64,000 bases of DNA from an uncultured delta proteobacterium (GTDB taxonomy: Bacteria; Myxococcota; Myxococcia; Myxococcales; Anaeromyxobacteraceae). Below the pieces are notes generated by a model. That model was not told where the DNA came from. It was given only the letters and a program-made list of their open reading frames with translations, and ran no database searches. Position numbers and translations under genes: made by a program. Location of the stretch: the NCBI GenBank assembly GCA_963828255.1, contig CAWHDZ010000010.1, positions 1 through 64,000 on the forward strand, written 5' to 3'. Of the stretch, positions 11,072 through 24,308 are shown piece after piece. Each line of letters starts with the position of its first letter. Position 1 is the stretch's first letter.

Positions 11072-11142
11072 CTGAGGCGGAAGGATTCGAACCTTCATAC
11101 GCGGATCCAAAGTCCGCAGTCCTGCCGTTGGACGACGCCTCA
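11072..11142 (-). tRNA. tRNA-Gln(UUG), CCA not encoded
   Basis: Cloverleaf: acceptor TGAGGCG/CGCCTCA, D stem GTCC/GGAC, anticodon stem GCGGA/TCCGC with loop CTTTGGA, T arm GAAGG-TTCGAAT-CCTTC, discriminator G. Confidence 0.95.
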
Positions 11143-11158
11143 ATGGCCTTTCGCGACA

Positions 11159-12154
11159 TCACCACCTCGCGAGCGCTGCACCCCAGGTGAAACCCGCGCC
11201 GAAGGCGGCCAGGGCCACCAGGTCGCCGCGCTTCACGCCCCGCGCCGGGATTGCCTCGGAGAGGCAGAGCGGGATGCTCGCCGCGGTGGTGTTGCCGTAC
11301 TTCTGGATGTTGTTGAAGACCTGGTCGTCGCGCAGGCCGAGCGACTTCTGCACCGTCTCGGCGATGCGCAGGTTGGCCTGGTGGGGCACGAAGACCTTGA
11401 TGTCGCCCGTCGTGAGACCGGCCTTCCCGAGCACGTTGCGGACCGTCTCGGGCATCTTGACGATGGCGTGCTTGAAGACCTTCTGCCCCTCCATCTTCGG
11501 GAACCCGCTCCCGTCGTCGACCATGGCATGGTTGTTTCGCGGGCTGTAGATCGAGCCGGGCGCGTCGGTCCAGAGGTCGGTGGCGAAGCGCCCGTCGGCG
11601 TGCAGCTCGATGCCGAGCACCCCCCGCCCCGGATCGTCCGTGGCCTCGATGAGGACGGCCCCTGCGCCGTCGCCGAAGATCACGCTCACGTCGCGCCCCC
11701 GGGTGGAGACGTCGAGGCCGGTGGAGTGCGTCTCCGACCCGACGAGCAGGATCCGCTTGTAGGTCCCGGTGCGGATCCAGGCGTCGGCCACCGAGAGCCC
11801 GTAGAGGAACCCGGAGCACTGGTTGCGGACGTCGAGCGCGGGGACGCCGGGGATTCCCAGCTTGGCGTTCAGGAAGCAGCCGTCCCCGGGGAACATGTGA
11901 TCGGGCGAGAGGCTCGCGAAGATGATGGCCTCGATGTCCTCGGGCTTCCAGCCGGCCTGGTCGAGGGCCCTGCGCGTGGCCCGGTGGGCCATCTCGGCGC
12001 TGCCGAGCCCGGGCTCCACCCAGCGACGCTCCTGGATCCCGGTGCGCTGGACGATCCACTCGTCGGTGGTGTCCATGTGCTTCGTCAGCTCCGCGTTGGT
12101 GACGACGCGGTCCGGGACGTAGGTGCCGATGGTGACGAATGCGGCGCGGGGCAT
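11159..12154 (-). CDS. fabH: 3-oxoacyl-ACP synthase III
   Basis: DTTDEWIVQRTGI, NQCSGF, FGDGAGA, PHQANLRI, YGNTTAASIP, FGAGFTWG. Confidence 0.93.
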   Translation of the reverse strand: MPRAAFVTIGTYVPDRVVTNAELTKHMDTTDEWIVQRTGIQERRWVEPGLGSAEMAHRATRRALDQAGWKPEDIEAIIFASLSPDHMFPGDGCFLNAKLGIPGVPALDVRNQCSGFLYGLSVADAWIRTGTYKRILLVGSETHSTGLDVSTRGRDVSVIFGDGAGAVLIEATDDPGRGVLGIELHADGRFATDLWTDAPGSIYSPRNNHAMVDDGSGFPKMEGQKVFKHAIVKMPETVRNVLGKAGLTTGDIKVFVPHQANLRIAETVQKSLGLRDDQVFNNIQKYGNTTAASIPLCLSEAIPARGVKRGDLVALAAFGAGFTWGAALARW

Positions 12155-12157
12155 CGG

Positions 12158-12745
12158 TCAGTCTCCTCGGGTTTGGGACAGCCCGCCGAAGGGGCGATCG
12201 GCGATGAGGCGGAAGCCTTCCTCGGACGGGGTCACGGCCCCCTGGAACGGGTGATCCAGGGCGACGGTGACGAATACCACGAGCCCCACGAAGGCAGCCA
12301 TGCAGCCCACCAGGACGAGGTGCAGGGCGGTGTCGTCCACGGTGACGAACAGGGTGGCCCCGGTGAGGGCGATGGCCGCCCCCGCGAGCAGCACGATCCA
12401 GACAACGCCGGGCAGCGAGTTCCCGGTGGCGTGGAGCATCTGGTCGGGGAGGTTCTTCGGCTCGAAGTCCCCGAGGAGCCGCACGATGCCGGCGAACTTG
12501 TTCTTGGCCGCGGAGGGGTGCACGCCCACCCGCTGCTCGGCCCACTCCCGGTCGGCGACCGTCCGGGCGTAGTCGCGCACCGGCTCCGGATAGAGGAGCG
12601 CGCCGCGCTGGAGCACCTCCAGCGACGCCACCTCCCGGGAGACCTTCTCGCTCGCCGACTGGTACTCCGACCAGGCGCCGACGATCTCGACGAAGAGCAA
12701 CGGGATCGGCTGCCGGAAGAACCAGTCCATCCCCACGTCCTCCAC
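12158..12745 (-). CDS. DUF4239/bestrophin-like membrane protein, apparently shortened
   Basis: LRDYARTV..EW, LP..VW, LDHPFQG motifs and TM helices. Confidence 0.55.
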   Translation of the reverse strand: MEDVGMDWFFRQPIPLLFVEIVGAWSEYQSASEKVSREVASLEVLQRGALLYPEPVRDYARTVADREWAEQRVGVHPSAAKNKFAGIVRLLGDFEPKNLPDQMLHATGNSLPGVVWIVLLAGAAIALTGATLFVTVDDTALHLVLVGCMAAFVGLVVFVTVALDHPFQGAVTPSEEGFRLIADRPFGGLSQTRGD

Positions 12746-12764
12746 TCCCGCGTCGGGGCCCCGG

Positions 12765-16464
<3,700 letters not shown>

Positions 16465-16499
16465 GTCGTCGGGTCGGCCGCCCGGAGGCGGCCCCCGCC

Positions 16500-17630
16500 T
16501 CAGATCCGCATGGGCATGATGACGGCCGTGAAGTGCTCCGCCGCCTCGCCGGTCGGGCGGACCACGCCCGGGGAGAGATCGTCCGCCAGCTCGAGCCGCA
16601 CGTCGGCGTCGTGGAGGACGGTGAGGACGTCGATGAGGTACTTGGCGTTGAAGCCGATCTTGAGCGGTTCGCCCGTGTAGTCGACCGGGACGTCCTCGCG
16701 GGCCTCTCCCAGGTCGGGGTTCTGTGCGCCGATGCGCAGGTTCCCCTTCTCGAGCTCGAGCTTCACCGCGTTCGACTTCTCGGACGAGAGGAGCGAGACG
16801 CGGCGAAGGGTCTGGAGCAGCCGCTCGCGCCCGAGGGAGGCGACCTTCTCTCCGGCCTTGGGGATGACCTGGCGGTAGTCCGGGAAGGAGCCCTCGATGA
16901 GCCTCATCACGAGAACCACGCCGGGCCGGCGGAAGACCGCCGAGTTGTCCGCGAACCCCAGCTCTCCCTTGGGCTTCTCCTCCGACCCCTCCACGGCCTC
17001 GGAGAGCAGCTTCCGGAGCTCGGAGATGCCCTTGCGGGGGAGGATGACCCCCTTCTTCAGCTTGAAGTCCCCCTCGACCGCGGCGTCCGCCATGGAGAGC
17101 CGGTGACCGTCGGTGGCCACGAACCGCATCGCTCCGGCGACCGGCTCGAAGTAGACGCCGTTCAGGTTGTAGCGGGTCTCGTCGGTGGAGGCGGCGAATG
17201 CGGTGCGCTCGACGAGCCCCAGCACGGTGTCGGGGTCGACGGACACGAAGGGAACCTTCTCGAACTTCGGCAACGCCGGGAAGTCCTCGGCGGGAAGGCC
17301 CACGAGCCGGAACTCCGCCTGGCCGGCCTTCACCTCCAGATGGTTGTTGGCGGTCCTCTTCAGCGAGACGGTCTTCTCCCCGGAGAGCGACTTCACGATG
17401 TCGAAGAGGTGTCGCGCCGAGACGGCGAGGCCGCCCTCCTTCGTCACCTCGGCCAGGTGCGTTCCCGTGACGGAGACGTCGAGGTCGGTGGCGGAGACGG
17501 AGAGTTCCCCGTCCTTCCGTGCCTCGAGGAGCACGTGGGAGAGGATGGGCATCGTGCTCTTCTTCTCGACGATGCCCTGGGACCGGGCCAGTGCGCGGGT
17601 CAACTCCGGGACGCCTATCTTCAGTTCCAT
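16500..17630 (-). CDS. dnaN: DNA polymerase III beta clamp
   Basis: PILS, ATDL, TRYNLNG, VATDGHRL, FPDY, IGFNAKY, MPMRI. Confidence 0.98.
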   Translation of the reverse strand: MELKIGVPELTRALARSQGIVEKKSTMPILSHVLLEARKDGELSVSATDLDVSVTGTHLAEVTKEGGLAVSARHLFDIVKSLSGEKTVSLKRTANNHLEVKAGQAEFRLVGLPAEDFPALPKFEKVPFVSVDPDTVLGLVERTAFAASTDETRYNLNGVYFEPVAGAMRFVATDGHRLSMADAAVEGDFKLKKGVILPRKGISELRKLLSEAVEGSEEKPKGELGFADNSAVFRRPGVVLVMRLIEGSFPDYRQVIPKAGEKVASLGRERLLQTLRRVSLLSSEKSNAVKLELEKGNLRIGAQNPDLGEAREDVPVDYTGEPLKIGFNAKYLIDVLTVLHDADVRLELADDLSPGVVRPTGEAAEHFTAVIMPMRI

Positions 17631-17861
17631 GGGATGGGAATCCTATCTTTCTTTCAGATCCGTCGCGATCGTAGAGAGGCGATCGATGTGGAGAAGCGAC
17701 TCGCGCCGGCGGAAGGACTCGGAAAACCGATCTGGAGAACCCCCTGGATCAACGGGCCGCCCGGATGTGGAGGAGGCGGGCCGATCGGGAGGGTCGTTCC
17801 ATCCACGCCAGGAACCCGGCCGATCCAGGGGTGATCCACGGCAGATCCACGCGCCCTCTCC
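17631..17861. other. putative oriC in the dnaA-dnaN intergenic region
   Basis: Degenerate DnaA boxes (TGTGGAGAA 17687, TCTGGAGAA 17731, TGTGGAGGA 17766, TGATCCACG 17832, AGATCCACG 17843); AT-rich patch at 17639-17658. Confidence 0.65.
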
Positions 17862-19244
17862 CTAGGAGACGACGCTCGCCCGGAGGGTGTCCACCGCCTG
17901 GCGGACCTCCAGGTCGGAGAGGGAGAGATCGTTCACCCGCTCGATGGCCGAGATGACCGTGGTGTGATCCTTCTTGTTGAACTTCTCGGCGATGGTCTGG
18001 AGCGTCTCCTTGGCCAGCTCGCGGCAGAGGAACATGGCCACCTGGCGAGGCAGGGCGATCTTCTGCTCGCGCGAGGAGCTGGTCAGGCGGGCCACGGTGA
18101 TGCCGTAGTGGGCCGCCACGGCCTCCTGGATGCGCTCGATCGAGGGGCGGTAGCCGGGAGGGGGGATGACGTCGGAGAGGACGTCGCGGGCGAGCGCGAT
18201 CGAGATGGGCTCCCCCTTCAGCGAGGCGAAGGCGGCGAGGCGCATCAGCGCCCCCTCCAGCTCGCGCACGTTCGACTTGATGTGGGTGGCGAGCAGGGAG
18301 GTGACGTCGTCCGCGAGGTCGATGCGCTCGGCCAGCGCCTTCTTCTTCAGGATCGCGGCGCGGGTCTCGAACTCGGGGGTGTCGATGTGCACCCTCATCC
18401 CCCACTCGAAGCGGGAGCAGAGGCGCTCCTCGAGCCCCTTCAGCTCCTTCGGGCTGCGGTCGCTGGAGAGGACGATCTGCACGTTCTGCTCGTACAGGGT
18501 GTTGAAGGTGTGGAAGAACTCCTCGGCGGTCTTGTCGCGACCCGCGAAGAACTGCACGTCGTCCACGAGCAGCGCGCCGCATTCCCGGTACTTGCGCCGG
18601 AAGTCGGCCATGGTGTTGCGGGACAGGGCGTCGACGAAATCGTTGGTGTAGCGCTCCGAGGTGACGATGGCGACCCGCGCGCCCGGCGTGTTCTGGTGGA
18701 TGGCGTTGGCGATGGCGTGCAGCAGGTGGGTCTTTCCGAGGCCGGAGTCGCCGTGCAGGAAGAGGGGGTTCCAGGACCTGCCCGGCGTCTTGGCGACGGC
18801 CTCCGCAGCGGCCACCGCGAACCGGTTCGACTCGCCGACCACGAAGGTGTCGAAGAGGTAGCGGGGGTTGGGCCGGGTCTCTCCGGGGCCGGGGGCCGCT
18901 GCCAGGACGGTGGCCGGTTCCGCCGCCGGGGCCTTGCCAACCGGGCGCGGAGCGGTGTCCACGACGAACTGGGTGCGCAGCGGGACCCCCACCAGGCCGG
19001 GCACGAACTCATCGAACCAGTCCCGGTAGTTGTCGTCCACGAAGTCGCGGTGGAAGGGGTCGGGTGCGCCGACCTGGAGCCGGTCGCCGTCGAGCCCGAT
19101 CACCCGCAGGGGCGAGAACCAGCGACGGTACAGGTCCTCGCGCAGCCTGCCCCGCAGGTACTCGTCGATGCGGCGCCAGTGCTCGGGCGCGGGACCGTCG
19201 ATCGGGGAACCCACCGGCAAAACAGCATGCCCCACGGTTGCCAT
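17862..19244 (-). CDS. dnaA: chromosomal replication initiator DnaA
   Basis: NPRYLFDTFVVG, NPLFLHGDSGLGKTHL, DDVQF, EEFFHTFN, NVRELEG, KDHTTV. Confidence 0.98.
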   Translation of the reverse strand: MATVGHAVLPVGSPIDGPAPEHWRRIDEYLRGRLREDLYRRWFSPLRVIGLDGDRLQVGAPDPFHRDFVDDNYRDWFDEFVPGLVGVPLRTQFVVDTAPRPVGKAPAAEPATVLAAAPGPGETRPNPRYLFDTFVVGESNRFAVAAAEAVAKTPGRSWNPLFLHGDSGLGKTHLLHAIANAIHQNTPGARVAIVTSERYTNDFVDALSRNTMADFRRKYRECGALLVDDVQFFAGRDKTAEEFFHTFNTLYEQNVQIVLSSDRSPKELKGLEERLCSRFEWGMRVHIDTPEFETRAAILKKKALAERIDLADDVTSLLATHIKSNVRELEGALMRLAAFASLKGEPISIALARDVLSDVIPPPGYRPSIERIQEAVAAHYGITVARLTSSSREQKIALPRQVAMFLCRELAKETLQTIAEKFNKKDHTTVISAIERVNDLSLSDLEVRQAVDTLRASVVS

Positions 19245-19511
19245 CCCCTCGGCCCTCCCGGCGAGAAAAAGGTCGCACGGCCTCCGCCGGGTGGCGGAGG
19301 CGATGTTCACTGTCTGTATGGAATGCTCGAACGACGTGGACTGCGTGACGACCGTGCGACGACACACTCTCTAGCGAAGGTCGTGGCCGCGGATCAAGTG
19401 CTCGTTCGCGGGATGACACAGGGCCCGGAATTTCCTCGGGGATGGGGGAGCGGCCCGTTGGGGGTCAGGCAACCTTGACACGGCGCGTCCGATCGGGGAG
19501 GTTCCCGCGCC

Positions 19512-19661
19512 ATGAAGAGGACCTACCAACCCAAGAAGGTGAAGCGGAACCGAACCCATGGATTCCGGAAGCGCATGAGCTCCGTGGGCGGGCAGAACGT
19601 GATCAAGCGCCGCCGGGCCAAGGGGCGCAAGAGGCTGGCGGCGAAGGCCCCGTCCAAGTAG
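19512..19661 (+). CDS. rpmH: 50S ribosomal protein L34
   Basis: Translated by hand: [49 protein letters not shown] (too short for the ORF track). Confidence 0.97.
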   Translation: MKRTYQPKKVKRNRTHGFRKRMSSVGGQNVIKRRRAKGRKRLAAKAPSK

Positions 19662-19680
19662 GACGCCGAGGCGGGATCCC

Positions 19681-20024
19681 GTGCGCTTCGGCAAGGCGGC
19701 GCGCATCCTGCGCCGCCGCGAGTTCCTGGCGGTGCAGCAGCGCGGAGAGCGCCTGTTCGCCGGAAAGCTCGTGATCCTCGCCCTCCCCGCGGGGGAAAGG
19801 GACCCCGCATCGGCATAACGGTGTCGGGCAAGGTGGCAAACGCGGTGATCCGGAACCGAATCAAGCGCTGGGTGCGCGAGGCCTTCCGGGCCGTGGCAGC
19901 CGACCTCCCTCCGGTCGACCTGGTGGTGATCGCGCGGTCGGGTGCGGCGGAGATCGGGCAGGACGGCGCACGCGCGGCCCTGACGGCCGCTCGTGATCGG
20001 CTGGCACGGAGGGATGCGCGATGA
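19681..20024 (+). CDS. rnpA: RNase P protein component (frameshift near 19790-19802, probably a sequencing error)
   Basis: RILRRREF, then in another frame [24 protein letters not shown] (RNR motif). Confidence 0.9.
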
Positions 20025-20248
20025 GCGGAACGAGCCCGGCTGCGCTGCCGCTCGTGGGCATCGTGCGCGCCTACCAGTGGATCGTCTCGCCGCTGGTTCC
20101 GCCGTCGTGCCGGTTCTACCCGTCCTGCTCGTCGTACGCGGTGACGGCGCTCCAGCGTCATGGGGCCGTGAAGGGAAGCTGGCTTGCGGCGCGGCGGGTG
20201 GCACGGTGCCATCCGTTCCACCCGGGCGGCATCGACCCGGTTCCGTAG
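20021..20248 (+). CDS. yidD: membrane protein insertion efficiency factor
   Basis: [30 protein letters not shown]. Confidence 0.95.
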   Translation: MSGTSPAALPLVGIVRAYQWIVSPLVPPSCRFYPSCSSYAVTALQRHGAVKGSWLAARRVARCHPFHPGGIDPVP

Positions 20249-20279
20249 CGACCATCTCGAAGAAGAAGGCAGGTACGTC

Positions 20280-21920
20280 TTGAACGAAAGCAAGCGCATC
20301 ATGGTCGCGGCCCTCGGCGCGGTGCTGATCCTCTTCGCGTGGAACGAGTTCTTCATGCCGAAGCCGGAGAAGCCAGCGCCGGACGCGGCGAAGGTCGCGC
20401 CGGGCCCCCCGGCGCCCTCCGGCCCGCAAGCCGTGGCCGGCCAGGCCGCTCCGCCCCCCGCGGTCGTGGCCGTCGCGCCGTCGACCCCCGAGGAGACGGT
20501 GGTCCTCGAGACTCCCGAGTTCAGCGCCACCTTCACGAGCTGGGGCGGGGCGCTGAAGAGCCTCGTCCTCAAGGAGGAGACCTACCGCAAGCGGGGCAAG
20601 GCCGGGTCGCCCGACCTGCCCATCGACCTCGTGCGCGTCCGCGAGGGCGAGCCCTGGCCGCTCTCCTTGCTCCCCTCGGCCGAGCTGGGCGGCAGCTCGA
20701 GCCCGGGCACGGACCCGCTCGTGCGGGCCCCCATGCGCATCGTGGCCCGGGACGAGAAGAGCGTCACCTTCGAGGGGAGGCAGGGAGCGGTCGACGTCCG
20801 CAAGACCTTCAAGGTGGGCGAACGCCCCTACCAGATCGACCTCGAGCTCGGCGTGGGCGGAGGCGAGAAGGCCGGGACCGTGGCCCTCCTCTACCCGGCG
20901 TTCCAGGCCCCGGACGCGCCCCAGGCCGGGTTCTTCTCCGGTGGAGAGGTTTTCGAGTCGGTGGTCCCGTTCTGCCGGGCCGGGGACAAGACCCAGCGCT
21001 TCGACGGGAAGGAGTCCCTCCAGACCCTGCCCGGTCCGCCGCGCTTCCTGGGACTCGACCAGGCCTACTTCGTCTCCGCGCTCATGCCGCAGACGGCGGA
21101 CGGGAGCTGCTACTTCGAGAAGCTGCCCACGGCCGGCGAGAGCCTGGCGGGGCTGCGCATCCCGGTGGACCGGGCCGCCCGCTCCACCTTCCAGCTCTAC
21201 GTGGGGCCGAAGCAGATCGACCTGCTCCGCGCCTACGGACGCGACCTCGAGACCGCCATCGACTACGGCCCGGTCTCCAACTACCTGTCCTTCTTCGCCC
21301 GCATCCTCCTGTGGGTGATGCAGAAGTTCCACTCCGTGACCCACAACTGGGGCGCGGCCATCATCCTTCTTACACTCGTAGTGAAGGCCCTCCTCTACCC
21401 GCTCACCGCCAAGTCGATGCAGTCCATGCAGGAGATGAAGAAGCTCCAGCCCAAGGTGGACGCGCTCAAGGCCAAGTACGGCGGCGAGAAGGAGAAGATG
21501 AACCAGGAGGTCATGAAGCTCTACCAGGAGCACAAGGTGAACCCGCTGGGCGGGTGCCTGCCCCTGCTCCTCCAGATGCCGGTGTGGCTGGCCCTCTACG
21601 CCACCCTGCAGACCTCCGTCGAGCTCTACCGCCAGCCTTTCCTGTGGGTGAAGGACCTGACGGCCTTCGACCCCCTCTACATCCTGCCGCTCGCCATGGG
21701 CGCCTCCAGCTTCATCATGCAGAAGATCTCGCCCCAGCCGGCCGACAACGCCCAGGCGAAGATGCTGCTCTACTTCATGCCGGTCTTCTTCACCTTCATC
21801 ATGCTGAAGCTGCCGGCCGGGCTCACCCTCTACATCTTCGTGAACAACCTTCTCTCCATCGCGCAGCAGCAGTGGATCATGCGCAAGGACCGCAAGGCCA
21901 CCGCCACCGCGGCATCCTGA
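20280..21920 (+). CDS. yidC: membrane protein insertase
   Basis: YVGPK, IDYG, NWGAAII, NPLGGCLPLLLQMP, PAGLTLY. Confidence 0.96.
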   Translation: MNESKRIMVAALGAVLILFAWNEFFMPKPEKPAPDAAKVAPGPPAPSGPQAVAGQAAPPPAVVAVAPSTPEETVVLETPEFSATFTSWGGALKSLVLKEETYRKRGKAGSPDLPIDLVRVREGEPWPLSLLPSAELGGSSSPGTDPLVRAPMRIVARDEKSVTFEGRQGAVDVRKTFKVGERPYQIDLELGVGGGEKAGTVALLYPAFQAPDAPQAGFFSGGEVFESVVPFCRAGDKTQRFDGKESLQTLPGPPRFLGLDQAYFVSALMPQTADGSCYFEKLPTAGESLAGLRIPVDRAARSTFQLYVGPKQIDLLRAYGRDLETAIDYGPVSNYLSFFARILLWVMQKFHSVTHNWGAAIILLTLVVKALLYPLTAKSMQSMQEMKKLQPKVDALKAKYGGEKEKMNQEVMKLYQEHKVNPLGGCLPLLLQMPVWLALYATLQTSVELYRQPFLWVKDLTAFDPLYILPLAMGASSFIMQKISPQPADNAQAKMLLYFMPVFFTFIMLKLPAGLTLYIFVNNLLSIAQQQWIMRKDRKATATAAS

Positions 21921-21936
21921 GCCGGAGGGGACGCCC

Positions 21937-22455
21937 ATGCACGATCGGGAGCGGGAGAGCGCGCCGCCGCCGCGCGAGGCCCCGGAGAAGGTGGAGCGGG
22001 CCCGGGCCTTCTGCACCGAGCTGCTCTCGCGGGTCGGCGCCGCGGTGGACGTGACCGTCCGGGAGACCCCGGAGGCCATCGGCGTCTCGCTCTCCCCACG
22101 CGAGGGCAACGGGGTCGAGCTCTCCGGCACGCTCGTGGAGGCGGTTCAGTACCTGGCGAACCGCGTCGTGAACCCGAGGGCCGAGGGGCGAAAGTGGGTG
22201 AACCTGGAGGTGGGCGGGTTCCCCGAGGGGGGCGACCCGGCCGTGCGCGCCATGGCGCTGCGGCTCGCCGAGGCGGCCCGGAGGACCAGGAAGGTGCTCG
22301 CCGTCTCGCCCATGAGCCCGCGCGACCGGCGCGCGGTGCACCTCGCGCTGGTCGAGGAGGACGGGGTCGCCACCCGCAGCGAGGGCGAGGGGATCTTCCG
22401 CCAGCTGCTCGTCATCCCCGGGCCGAAGCCGAAGTCGCCCGGTCCGGAGCGCTAG
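21937..22455 (+). CDS. jag: Jag/EloR (KhpB)-like R3H RNA-binding protein, lacking the Jag_N domain
   Basis: QYLAN, PMSPRDRRAVH (R3H), SEGEG; position after yidC. Confidence 0.8.
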   Translation: MHDRERESAPPPREAPEKVERARAFCTELLSRVGAAVDVTVRETPEAIGVSLSPREGNGVELSGTLVEAVQYLANRVVNPRAEGRKWVNLEVGGFPEGGDPAVRAMALRLAEAARRTRKVLAVSPMSPRDRRAVHLALVEEDGVATRSEGEGIFRQLLVIPGPKPKSPGPER

Positions 22456-22461
22456 GCCGCC

Positions 22462-22674
22462 ATGGCGCGCGAGAAGACACAGGACGAGAAGCTCTTCGCG
22501 GCGGCCGTGCTGCGCCGATCGTTCGAGCTCTCCGGGGACGAGCAGCGGCAGGGATTCCAGTTCGTCTACGACGGCGTGCTGCGCGACCTCGGCCTCGCCG
22601 ACGAGGACGTGGTCGCCTTCCTGAAGGGGCACATGCTCGAGGTCGACGCCGCCATCGGGCGCCGGCACGGGTAG
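22462..22674 (+). CDS. small hypothetical protein
   Basis: 70-aa ORF with strong GC3 bias filling the gap between jag and rsmG. Confidence 0.65.
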   Translation: MAREKTQDEKLFAAAVLRRSFELSGDEQRQGFQFVYDGVLRDLGLADEDVVAFLKGHMLEVDAAIGRRHG

Positions 22675-22690
22675 CGGGGTCGAGGTTCCC

Positions 22691-23338
22691 CTGGACGCAC
22701 CGTTCGCCGAGACCCTCGCGGAGGGGGCAGCAGCACTCGGGATCGTCCTCGACGGAGCGGCGCTCTCGAAGCTCGAACGGTACGCCGAACGGCTGCTGGC
22801 CTGGAACCGCAAGGTGAACCTCACCGCCATCACCGACCCCGGGGAGCTGGCCGAGAAGCACCTGGTCGACAGCCTGGCGCTCGTCCCGGAGGTGCGCGGG
22901 GCGGCGACGCTCCTCGATATCGGGAGCGGCGCCGGGCTCCCCGGCATCCCCCTCGCGGTGGCCCTCCCCTCCCTCACCGTCACCTGCTGCGACACCGTGG
23001 CGAAGAAGGTGGCCTTCCTGAAGGCGGTCGCGGCCGAGCTCGACCTCGACGTGCGGGGCGTGGCGGCCCGGGCGGCCGGCGAGCCGGCGCGGGAGGGGCT
23101 CCCTCTTGCCGAGGTGGTGGTGAGCCGCGCCCTCGCCGAGCCCGGGAAGTGGTTGCCGCTCGCGGTCCGGTACCTCGCGCCGGGGGGGCGGGTGCTTGCG
23201 ACGCTGGGGCGCGACGTGGACGAGGAGGCGCTGAGGCGGTCCGGGGAGGTTGCGGGGCTCGCGCTCGCAACGCTGCGCCGCTTCGAGCTGCCCAGGTCCC
23301 GCTCCCAGCGCGCAGTCGCGACGTTCCGGGCAGGCTGA
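22691..23338 (+). CDS. rsmG: 16S rRNA m7G527 methyltransferase (probable CTG start)
   Basis: [34 protein letters not shown]. Confidence 0.93.
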   Translation: MDAPFAETLAEGAAALGIVLDGAALSKLERYAERLLAWNRKVNLTAITDPGELAEKHLVDSLALVPEVRGAATLLDIGSGAGLPGIPLAVALPSLTVTCCDTVAKKVAFLKAVAAELDLDVRGVAARAAGEPAREGLPLAEVVVSRALAEPGKWLPLAVRYLAPGGRVLATLGRDVDEEALRRSGEVAGLALATLRRFELPRSRSQRAVATFRAG

Positions 23339-23368
23339 GCCGGCCGCCGTTCCCCCCGGCGGGGGCGG

Positions 23369-23384
23369 TGTTCCACGTGGAACA
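23369..23384. promoter_or_regulatory. parS site 1
   Basis: Perfect palindrome TGTTCCACGTGGAACA upstream of parA. Confidence 0.92.
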
Positions 23385-23405
23385 CCGCTCCCCTCCCCTC
23401 CCCGA

Positions 23406-23421
23406 CGTTCCACGTGGAACA
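23406..23421. promoter_or_regulatory. parS site 2
   Basis: CGTTCCACGTGGAACA. Confidence 0.9.
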
Positions 23422-23525
23422 TCCAGGTCCTCCGCCTTCCGGGCCCCCTGCCCTGTCAGATCCCGGGAGCATGCTCGCCCCGGGTCGAGGTAGAACCCGT
23501 CCCGCACCCCGCACCCCGAGGAGAC

Positions 23526-24308
23526 ATGGGAAGGACCGTCACCATCGCCAATCAGAAGGGCGGCGTCGGCAAGACCACGACCGCCGTGAACCTCGCGGCG
23601 TCGCTCGCCGCGGGCGAGCACCGCACGCTTCTCGTGGATCTCGACCCGCAGGGAAACGCGGGGTCGGCGCTCGGGGTGGCCCGCGACGAGGTGGAGGGCT
23701 CCGTCTACGAGGTCTTGCTCGACGGTCGCGCCGTGCAGGAGGTGGCCCGCAAGACCGAGCTGCGCTTCCTGGACCTCCTGCCGTCCAGCCGCCACCTGGT
23801 GGGCGCGGAGCTCGAGCTGGCCGGGACGGAGCGGCGCGAGGCGCGGCTGCGCGACGCGCTCGCGACCGTGGCCGGAGTCTACGAGCACGTCATCATCGAC
23901 TGCCCTCCCTCCCTCGGGCTCCTCACGTTGAACGGGCTGGTGGCCGCCGACGGGGTCATCGTCCCGCTGCAGTGCGAGTACTTCGCGCTCGAGGGGCTTG
24001 CCGACATCCTGCGCACCGTCGAGCTCGTGAAGGGCGGGATGAACCCCACGCTCGAGGTGGACGGGATCCTCCTCACGATGTTCGGGCAGAACAACCTGGC
24101 GTCGCAGGTGGCCGAGGACATCCGCCAGCACTTCACCGGGCGGGTATTCGACACCGTCATCCCCCGCAACGTCCGGCTCTCCGAGAGCCAGTCCCACGGA
24201 AAGCCCATCTTGCTCTACGACGTCGCGAGCAAGGGCTGCCAGAGCTACCTGGCCTTCGCCCGGGAAGTGGCCCGGCGCGAGGCCGGCCGCGACAGGAAGG
24301 GTCCATGA
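23526..24308 (+). CDS. parA: chromosome partitioning ATPase ParA/Soj
   Basis: NQKGGVGKTTT, DLDPQGN, DCPPSLG, QCEYFALEG, IPRNVRLSE. Confidence 0.97.
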   Translation: MGRTVTIANQKGGVGKTTTAVNLAASLAAGEHRTLLVDLDPQGNAGSALGVARDEVEGSVYEVLLDGRAVQEVARKTELRFLDLLPSSRHLVGAELELAGTERREARLRDALATVAGVYEHVIIDCPPSLGLLTLNGLVAADGVIVPLQCEYFALEGLADILRTVELVKGGMNPTLEVDGILLTMFGQNNLASQVAEDIRQHFTGRVFDTVIPRNVRLSESQSHGKPILLYDVASKGCQSYLAFAREVARREAGRDRKGP

